DNA of 56,929 nucleotides from Chromera velia (lineage: Eukaryota), in the NCBI GenBank assembly GCA_018398765.1, contig JAHBMJ010000106.1, positions 1 through 56,929 of the forward strand. The letters are read 5' to 3'. Below the pieces are notes generated by a model. It was given only the letters and a program-made list of their open reading frames with translations. It was not told the DNA's origin and did not search any database. Positions 1 to 10,560 of this stretch are shown one piece after another. A program made the position numbers and the translations under genes. Each line of letters begins with the position of its first letter. Positions within the stretch are counted from its first letter, which is position 1.

Positions 1-153
1 CCCCCCCCTCTCTCTCTCTCTCTGTGTGTGTGTCTCTCTCTCTGACTTCGAACTGTATTTTGACAAGTGATCAGCATGCCGACTGCCTTCTAATTAAATT
101 CTGTTGACCAAAAAACCGCCCGTCGTATTTTCTCTCTTCTTTTAATTCTGCAG

Positions 154-1327
154 CAATCCTGTGGGTCCTCCAATTTTCCCTCCAGGCGATTCCTTCCGTG
201 TACCTGATCTACAAGGCCATAGCTGCCTCCGACCTCCCTGCCTGGACAAAAGAGGAATACGACAGCGAGTGCGGGTCTGCTGAGGGGGCGCAGTACAGCC
301 CCCTGCTTTACGACCCTAGTTCTCGATTCCCGTCCTGGGCGTGGTTCTACGTCGACATTCCTCTGTTTGTTGGGGCTGTGTTCGTCTGTTCGGGCACGCT
401 GCTTTTCTCAATGAGAAAGGCCAGCGAGAACAGATGGCCTCTTCTTCGATGTGCAAATGGGGTCTTGTGGGCTGCTACTGCTCGACAGGTGGGCAGGGAA
501 GCTAGATACACACAAGCAAGGCCACCGTCTCTCTCTTTGATTTGGGTTTTCTGTTGTTGAGTGTTCCGCGTCTTCCTTCCTGCTTTCTCTTCGGACGTGT
601 GCGTTGTTTGAAGAATTTTCAGGACAGCAGCACAATAAATTGAATGCATGTAAGATGCCTCCCCCCAAAAGAAAAGAAAAAAATTGAATGCATGTGATTG
701 ACTGACTGAAATTTGCAGGTGGGGCTTTTGTTCCTGCTCCTCCCTCTGATGATGCGCCCCCTGAAAGAGGGGGACCGGGACCTGCCCTCCCAATTCTCTT
801 CCGATTCCTTCTTCTCCCAGGACATCAAGTGCGCCAGATTGGCGTTCATTGAGGGCACCCTGATTGTCCTTGTGGGGGGTCTCCGGGGTATTCTCTGGTG
901 TTTCAACGCATTGGCAAGAGTGGTGGGAGGGACCTTGGGCAGCTGCTGCGTTTGGCTGGGGGCGGCTGGGTCGTATGAGGGATCGGGGAACTGCTGTGAT
1001 AATTGCGGTGCAGTGTGCAATCGGTGTTTTGGTGGGTGCTGTAACGCCTCGACGGTCTGCTGGTGCCTGCCTGTCCGTTTCCTTGGGCCCGTCTCCGCCG
1101 TTTTGGGTCTTTTGGGTTTCCTGGTGGGATTTGTGGCACAGTGGGGGGAGCCGTTCTTTGTCGGTGTTCCTCTTCTGGCTTCGGACCTGATCGGTATAGC
1201 GCTCCTGTACGTTGTTAGTGTGACGTCTCTCTCGTCAGGGCCGCCGTCGGGGAATGGGGACGTGGAGAGGGCAGTCTCTGATAATAGGGCACAAGGGCCG
1301 GTACAGAATGGAAACAGGCAGGGATGA
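154..1327 (+). CDS. 3' part (last two exons, 154-488 and 719-1327) of a multi-pass membrane protein of unknown function; 5' end lies outside the window
   Basis: Pyrimidine tract + TGCAG acceptor at 153. A GT donor at 489 and TTTGCAG acceptor at 718 join ORF 198..560 (...WAATARQ) in frame to ORF 713..1327 (VGLLFLLL...). Several hydrophobic segments and a Cys-rich loop; TGA at 1325-1327. Confidence 0.7.
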
Positions 1328-1498
1328 TACAGCTACTCCACATCTGCATCAGCCTATTGAAGCAGCCTTGGTTTTCGATCTATCTTTCAACAAATCCTAG
1401 AATAAATCTTTAGGAAGAGTCACTGTAGTCAAGCTCTATTCTTCTAGAAAGAACCCATATTTTACTTTAGATTTGACGGCCGCACTTAATTCAAGAGT

Positions 1499-1606
1499 TA
1501 CAAAAAGTTTGGCATTATTTTTTTAAGTTGGAGAATATGTGATATAACTTGTTTTCATCATATCACATATTCTCCAACTTAAAAAAATAATGCCAAACTT
1601 TTTGTA
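1499..1606. repeat. Perfect 47-bp inverted repeat (foldback) with 14-nt spacer, TA at both outer ends
   Basis: 1499-1545 TACAAAAAGTTTGGCATTATTTTTTTAAGTTGGAGAATATGTGATAT is the exact reverse complement of 1560-1606. Confidence 0.95.
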
Positions 1607-2135
1607 TAAAAATTACTTCAAATATTTAATTATCTAATTTTGGCATTATTTTGAATATTATACCTACCCAGAAAAACTGTTTTTTGCCTAATTTCTTTTT
1701 TCAGGGATATGCTCTATTTAAGGGACCAATAGAAATTACTATCTGTTAAAAAAGTAATTGCAATAAATTACTGATTGATTGATTGATGTCTAGTATAATT
1801 ATTTTTTCACTAACGTATACTAACATGATGATGCACTTAAAAAGTTTTCAATATACATGCATGTATGACAACTCTACTTTGCTTCTTTTTTTTAACTGTA
1901 TGTCTGTTTCAATTTCATTTAATAACTATTATGTTATAATTAGGGCTGCATCCACGGGCCACGGCGCGAGGAGCCGTTAGGAGCTTTGTAGCTAGTTTTG
2001 TACGTTCATCGCTTCAACAGCCTTCAAGCAAGACCTGCTCTTGGTACCGCTTGCCTAGCCGCTTGTCTGCATGCAAAGACTGCAGCCTGCCGTTTACATT
2101 CTTCCTGTCTGTCACATGGGTGACATAGCGTTGAT

Positions 2136-3335
2136 TCAGAAGTAAGAAGGAAAAGCGAAAGCAGGAGTGGTGAGTCCTGCCTTTTCAGATGCGAAGGTGG
2201 ACAAGGCTGGGTGGACCCAGCAGTCATCAAATCCCGCTGTATTGATCGCAGACTTGATCACGTCCACTTTGTCTACAAGCCCCTGCCCGCAAACAAGGGA
2301 ATAAGGGGCATGGCCTAATTCTTCTTTCAACCTGCCAAACCAGCTTGGCAGCATTTTCAGCACGTTGCCTACGGACGTCGCAGAGCAACGACCGTGGGGA
2401 GGTGTCTCAACTTCGTCCTCTCCTTTCTGGTCAGTCATGATGAAACCGACCCCCCTTACCTCGTTCTTCAGAAACGTTTCCGATATGAACGAAAGTCCCA
2501 TGCAAAGCCACTGCCCCCCCAGAAACCCCAACATCGAGACCGAAGCGTGTACGGAGCGCAACAATGACTTCTTCCCAGACCCTGACGGATCGCACGAACG
2601 ACGGATGTAGTCAATCGCGGCATTCCAGTATTTGGCTTGGTACAGAATCAGGAATTCATCGTGGGAAATCCAGTCGAGACAAAGCAGGGGCACAAAATTG
2701 ACGAACGGCAAGGTGTTTTGACGTAGACGGGCGTACTTCGCGAGGTCTTTCTCAATTCTTGCGGCCTCCTCTGCTCTGCCGAGGGCCTTCAGTGCTTGCA
2801 TCACCCGGTACTTTGCTTTGAGGTACTCGGGACAGACTTTCGTAGCAAGCTGGCCGAGTTCGAGAGCCTGTTCCTTCTCCCCCCTCTTCAGGTGACAGAG
2901 ACTCCAGTTTGCCAAACAAATGGCTTCGGGCAAGTTCGGCTCTTGGATCGAGATGTTCTCATCGTCCGGCTTAGGGTGGGACTCTTCACCTTTACCTGTG
3001 TCACTGATCTTCTTCTTTCTGAGAAGATCCTTGTATTTGATATCGAAACGTCGAGGGGTGTCGGCAAGGAATGTTTCAATATGCCCGAATATGGAATTCT
3101 CAAACTGCCCGGAAATTTACTCATCTTCGTGGTTCGAAACAAAATCGACGATGACTTGAATCGCATGGGAAGAGTCAGTGAGAGACCGCGCTTCCTCGTA
3201 ACACTTGGCGGCTTTCAAATACTCTCCCTCTGCGAAGAATTCGTTCCCTTTGGTCTTCAGATCCATCCATCGAGGATCGACACGCCCTTCAAACTCCTTG
3301 GCCAGAGAGTAATTTGAACTGAAGTCATTAAACAT
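2136..3335 (-). CDS. Tetratricopeptide-repeat (TPR) protein, interrupted by one in-frame TAA at 3117-3119 (possible 102-nt intron or nonsense allele)
   Basis: TPR motifs LKTKGNEFFAEGEYLKAAKCYEEA (ORF 3117..3500) and CLANWSLCHLKRGEKEQALELGQLATKVCPEYLKAKYRVMQALKALGRAEEA (ORF 2136..2933) are in the same frame. The frame is open between them except for the single TAA. Start codon is uncertain. Confidence 0.8.
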
Positions 3336-4149
3336 GTCTGAAGATATTGGACAAACCAGCAAGAACATCTTCGGCAAAGGAAAGCAAAATGTGCAAAGTG
3401 CAGGCAGAAGACGGAAACAGCTAGCAAAAAACTTCGCGAAATGCGGGGCCAAACTGCCACTTCTTGGAGGATGACGGTTCACAAAGTGAGCATCATTCAA
3501 GCCACTAAGAGAGACGTCACATACTCAAATCCTGCAGTGGAAAACTGACAGACGAGGGCTGGAGGCGTGTGATTGGCGATCATACGAAAACAGGAAAGAT
3601 AAGACCAGAGAACCAGATTTCGGCGAGACGGGGCGCGGAGACGGCTGCATGGGGTCGGGTCAGGCGCGGGATGGCGAAGGGCGCGCCGCCGACGCGGCCG
3701 GCCCGGCCGGGCCGCGCGGGGTCAACGAAAAAAGTTCAGAGGCACGCCGGCATTGCTGCAGCAAGTGTGGATAGGCATAGATAGCCACAACCTGTGTAAG
3801 CCCGTGGTGGACAACAGTCTGCCAAACCCCCCTGACACTCCAGTAAAGTTGAAACGCCGCACCGAAGGCGCGGCCAGCTTTGAAACGCCCCAGGAAACAT
3901 CTGTGTCGCAGGTGTGGCTGTGGTAACTTAAAGGTGACGTGCTATGGCGCACCAAAGGCATAGCCAAAACAAAGTACAATATATCAAATATATTTTCTAG
4001 TAGTTTTTTTTTTCTTCAATGAAGTTGTGTAACTTGGACATCCAATATATATAGTACTTCTAAGTGACTAATATTAATATATATTATTTATACGTAGTGA
4101 CTACTAGCTAGTACTAGCACAACTATGCCTAGAATAGTTAAGCTATATA

Positions 4150-5046
4150 CAGGGTTGCCAATTTTTTTGGTGGTAGACAAGCTTCATTACCGGTAACCGG
4201 TAATTACCGGCAGAGTTTGCTGGCAGTTAGCAAAGACTTGGCAGAATTCTAACAGTCAGTGACACTAACACTTTTCAATAACCTAAGTCCTAGGTTATAG
4301 GTCAATCAATCAATCACTTAAGGCTAGACCTAAGGTCAATTCAAAAAGTCAATGCGTCATCTGTAGGGACAGCTATGGGGCCAGTGTGCTTGAAGACGAC
4401 GCAGGTCGAAGCGATGGGTCCCGTCTTGCACTTGGCGCCCAAAAACAGAGAACCGCTAGCCGCAATGACCACAGCTGGCCCAAACAGATGCACCCACGCG
4501 ATTTCAACAATCCGCCTCAAAGTTTGGGCGGTCCCCCCAATCCACTGCTCTAGCCTCTAAAGAAAGACCCGCCGCTAAAAGCTGATGTCTGAGGCCTTGA
4601 AAGGTCTCTGACTCCGGAGACCCAGGGGGGTGGAGATTTATCATCTGCAAGCAAGCAGACATGAAAGAATCATAAGTAAATAAGCAGAATAGTGAGAGAT
4701 GGAGCAAAGTCAAAAAAGAGAGTAGTTGTTGGACAGACGCTGTCATAGAGCTGTTAGAACTTTTTGCCACTTATAGGGGTGAAGCAGTTATATAGTAAAA
4801 ATTTATATTTTTTAAATATTTTTTTGTTGTGTGTGTGTGAATAGGCTTTTCAAATGCCAATAAACCTAGCCAATAAACACTTAAAAACATGTTTTTAAAG
4901 GTTGGCGCCGCAGGCGAAATTTTTTTTTTTGGACCCTAATTTTTATCATTTTTTTTGTCGGTAAAAGGAAGGCAAACTGAGGCCATTACCGGTTACCGGC
5001 AATTGCCGGTAGACTAGACCTGTTACCGACCAGAAAAGCAACCCTG
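4150..5046. mobile_element. Non-autonomous hAT-like DNA transposon, 897 bp
   Basis: TIR CAGGGTTGC (4150-4158) / GCAACCCTG (5038-5046); perfect 8-bp TSD GCTATATA at 4142-4149 and 5047-5054; clustered subterminal TTACCGG/CCGGTAA motifs at both ends; no long ORF. Confidence 0.9.
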
Positions 5047-5193
5047 GCTATATATACTACCCTGGACAGGCTGGACTCTGACTTGAACTGAAAATGAGTT
5101 ATCAAACAGAATTAAGACTGCTAGTAAGACTGATTCATGTAGATTCATGCATGTCAACTGGTGCAAGATAATTAACCCAGCAATTGACTGCAG

Positions 5194-7904
5194 CTAAGAA
5201 AATATTCGTGGAGGAGATCCTTTGCTCAAACTTGTGCTCATTCCCGTCGCTGTTGCCGACTCTCCCCCGGGTCCTGTCCTTGCCCCATCTTTCTGGGAAG
5301 GGGTAGGCTTTCTCTCTGGAAAGGAAGGGGCACTGCCATCGTCTAGCTTCATAACGTGCTGTTCAAGAAGCGACCTCTCTGGAAAGAGAAGAACACTCCA
5401 ACGCACACCGAGAGAAGCGGCAGAGCGAACGGCTGCGGAGTTCGACGACAATGTTGTCATTTCAAGACGGTCAGCGGTACCAAAAATCTCAATGTGGGCA
5501 GTCAACAAACGCCCCCCCGACCCTGTCTGTGCTGGCATCTTACCCTTTTTCTTCGACTGCTGCTGCGTCCCCGAAGCTTTCTCACCCCGTTTGCTCCCCA
5601 GCCCCCCATTTCTTCTCTCACGCTCTCTTGCGGCACACGCCTCAAGCTGCAGCGATCTTTCTGACGGTTTCACAGGTAGCACCCTGACCTCATACGGCCA
5701 CTCATTGCAGTCCTCCTCTTTCGTACTCTCTGCCCCACATGCTGCAGCAGAAGCAGAGGGAGACTCAGGGTCTGGCGGCGCCCGTCCCGTGGATGACGGG
5801 GGGATGAGCGTCTGCCCCGTCTCAGCATCGATGAAACGGAACATCCTGTGACACCGGAGCCACTCCCCGGGCCCCGCTATTCTCTCTGAAATGAACCAAA
5901 ACTTTTCGAATGCAGGTCTCGGTGTGAACAGCTTATGGTTCGCTAACAACGGTCGCATGCGAGGCCATAGAGCTTCCCGGGTCTCCATCTCCCTCTGTCT
6001 TCTGAAGGCTTCTTGACGGAGGGGAACCAGTGGGTCAAGCAGGTTGGAATCATGAAGGAAGTCGGAGACGGCAGCTATCAAAGAGGTCACATCTACAGAC
6101 AGATTGTCCGTGACGGGAAACTCTGTTGTGATTCGTATCGACTCAGGAGGGGGGGGGAGACGTCGACCAATTCCGAGGCCTATGCTCAAGCTTTCACTTT
6201 CCCCCTTTTCCTTTTCCTTCTTCTCATTCGACCCCTCACCAACCACAGTGGAGGAAGACGAAGAAGAATCATCAGCACCACCAAGGCACTCACCCCCACT
6301 CCCAAATTCAGCAAGCTCTTCCTCTGAAAGGACACACCCCTCCACCAGCACCCCCATCTCCTCAAGGGTCTCTTTGATCTCTGCAGCAAGACCGCAGACG
6401 AAGCGGAAGACTACGGTTGGAGATCTGAAGTGCGCGGGATGCGCGCGTGCGGCCTTGAGCAACAGCTTCGCTTGGTGCAGCACCGAGGAGGAGTCTTCAT
6501 CCTCCTCATCATCGCTGTCGTCATCCGACTCTCCTCCCTCACTCTCACTCTCCCCCTCTGCCTCTTCCTTTTCTTCCTCCCCCTCTTTCTCAAGCGCCCA
6601 TGCAGCGGCTTCCTCTGCCCATTCCTTCGCGAGGTCACTCAGTGCCTCCCTCCCTTTATTTGCAAATAGAAGCATCGACCGCGGGTTGCGTGCCGACACC
6701 TTCGTCCACTTCAGGCCGAAATCAGAGACCTGATCAAAAAGAGCGCATGCCAACATGGTAAGAAAGAGACACGTTGCAGGGAGGGAAGTGCACTCACATA
6801 CGCACACACGGTCAAAAGAAACTCACACAATGCGCGAAACACAGGCAGCAGCAAACCAAGCCTCCCTCCCTTCTTCGGCCTCCCGCCACTGCTTCATTCA
6901 CACAAGGCGAACAAGAAGAAGGAAAACACTTATACAGAAAAGAGCAAAGTCGCGCACAGGCGCAGACGGAGAAAATGTGTGCACAAGAGGAGAAACACAC
7001 CAGGAGACACGGAGAGCGAAAATTCCTGCCTTCCAGCGACACGGGGAGAGGTCGACCCTACAATATCTATCTTCCGTTGAATCACTACAGACCCTGAATG
7101 CGTGCACTCAGTGACTGACCACATCCACCGTGACCGTTCTCTTTCCGGTTGTTTCCGAAGCATTCTCGTGTTTGTTGGGTTTCACAGCGAATTTCCTTCT
7201 GAGGGACTTGACGTTCTTTTCGGCCTTGAAGGTGCTGAACAAACCCTCGAGGAAGTAGAGGTTCGTGCTCGACAGCCCCAGGGCCTGGCAGTCCCGCTGC
7301 ACAAGAGGGAAAGGGCGGGCCGAGGGGAGTAGGGATACAAGAAGGGCCCCTTTCGGGACATCTTTTGGAGGGGAACGGAGAGGAAATGGGCAGACTGATA
7401 ACATGTAAGAAAAGAACGAAAGAAAAAGAAGGTGAATGAGAATTCTTTGTTCCCCCGGCTCCAGTCCGGAGAAACACAGTTAGGAAGAAGGCAACAGCCT
7501 TGACAAAGCACAAGTTCTTGCTCTCTCTAAGGCAGCCATATGTACGCACGCATACGCGCTCGTGCGCACACACACACGCACCCATAGAAGAACCCCCCCC
7601 CCCCCCCNNCCCCACTCCGAGGGAAAGAAATGCCGAAGTCGGCAGAGGCATGCCCCGTTTTGCTGTCTCACTCAGTCTGTCTCCTTGTTCTGACCTTCAA
7701 GAAAAAATCAATCTCAGCATTAACCATGGACCGAAGCTTTGCCAGTCCCTGCAGCACCTCATGCTCCGAGAAGTCACCACTGTTCAAAGAAGCCTCGATG
7801 GTGCTCTTCAGCTGGGCCTCCTCCTCTTCCACCGCCTTCTTCAGAGCGCGACCACGCGCTAGGAAAAAATCCCGGTGATTCTCTCCCAGTTCTACACCCA
7901 CCAT
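5194..7904 (-). CDS. DUF1308 / UPF0415 (C7orf25-like) protein; exons 7904-7695, 7296-7120, 6729-5194
   Basis: GT-AG phase-0 joins give LSSTNLYFLEG...VTVDV|VSDFGLKWTKVSARNP, then NLSVDVTSLIAAVSD and IFGTADRLEMTTLSSNSAAVRSAASLGVRWSVLLFPERSLLE. These match my recollection of the C7orf25/DUF1308 family motifs. Confidence 0.8.
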
Positions 7905-8868
7905 ATCCTTCGGTGTCCCTGTCTCTTTGCGAACAGAACCAGATGGACGACCCTCTAGACTCTCTCACAGACTCGGAATGTACCGACACGAGTGGAAGAG
8001 ACACTGCGCTGCTTGTTTGGCACGGACAGAGCAAATGCGTTAAAGAGACGGTGGACTGCAGATCCTACCTACAGCAGAGCCACAGTCGCGATAGTACGTC
8101 TTCACCCTTGTTTGCTCCACAAGAAAACGCTGAGATCTTCACTTTCATGAATTCCATGCAATCGATGTTGTGCCCACCTTGCACAACTATATAGTCTTGT
8201 CGATCATGTCTTGTCCAGTGATGTGACACTCGCCAAGTGTGTCGATCATGGATCGGGGTGTGTGCGGCGCCGCGTGCAGGCGCCGCGCGCGGGTTTATAT
8301 AATTAATTGCACACCATGGTACGGCGCCGCCGCGCAGGTGCCAGGAGACGGCTGTTCAGATGGCCGTGCGATCTTCCTCGAATTCAGGCAACACTTGAAC
8401 GACCAGACTTCGGTGTTCCTTGGCTGCAGTGTCAGGATTCGATCGGCGCCGTGCATCAATTCCGCAGCTGTTCATCACTAGCTGGGCCGCTCTAAGTCTT
8501 GTTTCACATCAAGAAACGCCCGACTGTCAAAGATCTCGATAAGGATTTCAGGCCGCCCTACGAGCTCCTGCATGGTTGGCCACAAGTGAAGTGTGGGCAG
8601 TGAAGATCTGGAAGCGTCACTGAATGGTCTTGCTCTGCTGATGTCGACACCCGGCTTCCTTCTACTCTGCAGATGAATGAACTGCGGACGGAAAAACTTG
8701 TGACCAATCTATTCAAGAGAGCCTCGTCAGAGTCCTAGGGCGATCCTCTCGACCTTGCACCCTCTACGTCTCTCACCCTTATATCTCGTGTTTTCTCTTC
8801 TTGGGGGTTTTCCCGCAAGCATCCTTCGAGGGCGGGTGGAGGAGTGAAAGGTGAAGGGACTCGAGGAA
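7905..8868. promoter_or_regulatory. Divergent (bidirectional) promoter/5'UTR region with GC-rich GGCGCCGC boxes flanking a TATA-like tract
   Basis: Lies between head-to-head ATGs at 7904(-) and 8869(+). GGCGCCGC occurs three times in 8265-8330 around TTTATATAATTAATT (8294-8308). Function is inferred from position only. Confidence 0.4.
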
Positions 8869-9975
8869 ATGGAGGGCAGAAAAAAAGGGGATGAAGCCAA
8901 AGGCGGCGGGGTGCCGCAGTGGGTGGACGTCAAGCTTCGAAATGGTCTCTGGCAACCTGTCAGTCAGTCAGTCAGTGAGTCAGTACTGCTTGGCCGTCTG
9001 GTCTGGCCTGGTCTGATCTCGAGTCCTCAAGGCACTCACCTCTCTGAGACCTCTTCGCATGCCTTTAAGGGATTGCAGTGCTCTCCTCCACCTCACTCAC
9101 CTTCATGAATCCCACCCCTTCTCTCCCCCCCCCCCCCCCCCCCCCCCCCCCCCGCCCTCCACATGTGCTTCTGCTTGAGATGCAGGCCCGCGTTCTTCGC
9201 GCAACAGAACGAGACGGGGATGGGGCAACGGGGCTTCGCCTTCTGGTTCGCTACGAACCTTTCAGAGGCCAGGACGAGGTCAGTGTCGGTGGGAGAGAAA
9301 GTGCATCGACAGACAGACAGACAGACAGGCTGGTGTGGCTTGCTGAGAGAGGAGATGCGGCCACACAGGAAACAAAAACAGGTGAGCATGGAGGTCACCA
9401 CAGCAATTTCGCACTCAGCAACCCTGTTGAGTCTCATTGCCTTCACGTCTGCTTCCTGCGTACTGTCCTCTGTCCCTTGTCTCATCCCGTGTCTTCCCTG
9501 CAGGAAATTTGGTTCCCGTCCGAAGAGGTGGCACCTTTCCGAACCCACACACAAGGTCTGCCTGTCTGTCTATCTGATTGACGCGCGTCTGATTGTCCGT
9601 GCTTTCTTGGATTGTCCGAATGGTTTTGTCCTTTTTATTTTTGCGTTGCCCCCGTCCCTCTTCCTCTCCGTTACCGTCTCCACCTCTCACTCCTGGGGCC
9701 AACATCTTCTGAGCAAATTGTCTCCGTGAGCTCTCTTTGTAACTGTCTTTGTGTATGTGTGACTGCTCCCTCGTAGGCGTTGAAAGCGGAGCTGTCAGTG
9801 AGAAAGTTGTGCTCAAGTTTTTCTTTTCTTTCCTTGCTGATTTGAAGCAAAGAGACACCAGCGCAATCTATCAGAGCTTGTCTTCGCTCAATCATGCGGT
9901 CATCTCCCCGAGGTTCTATTTGCCCCGGGAAGAGTATATCCATCCTTGCCCCTAACCGTAATCCCAGGCCAGACA

Positions 9976-10011
<36 letters not shown>

Positions 10012-10512
10012 TCAAGGGAGCAAATTGACCCTTGCTTTCTTGATGTTTGGATGGTCGCATGTGTGCAGGATTTCCCGAGGGCCCCGCTCGAGCTGAGGAC
10101 AGGCGCGACTTGTGTGCAGACGTTTCCTTTCCCCCCCATACGAAAAGGGAAGGCGGAGGGGCAGCAGGAGAGGGTGCACAGCCTGCCCCCCCGACTTCTG
10201 CTGAGAGAGACCCAGAGGAAGGAGGGACAGAGAGAAAGTCAGAGCCTGAGAAAGGGCCAGAGGAGAAAGAGGAAGAGGAAGAAATGGGGCCTGTCGCAGA
10301 GGAGAAAGGGAAGGGAGATGGAGAGAGAGGAACAGCCGAGGCCGCATTCCAAACAGGCTACGAGGACCTTGATCCTGGAGATCTCTGTGAAGTCAGTACT
10401 CATCAGAGACGGCTGAACCAAGGCAGGTGCTCTGCTCAAGGGGGCTGGCGGGAAAAGCTCATGAGGCGTGCCTTGCCCTCGCAAAAACACGCACAAATAT
10501 GCGCAGCACGCA

Positions 10513-10560
<48 letters not shown>

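Noticed and set aside
3745..3965. Possible zinc-knuckle/transposase C-terminal remnant (KRPRKHLCRRCGCGNLKVTC, + strand)
   Set aside because: Too short, lacks the His of a CCHC knuckle and needs a frameshift to extend; not supportable without a search.
5222..6733. Plus-strand ORFs of ~209 aa overlapping the DUF1308 gene, and many similar antisense ORFs over the USP and receptor genes
   Set aside because: Antisense shadows of GC-rich coding exons with no independent motifs.
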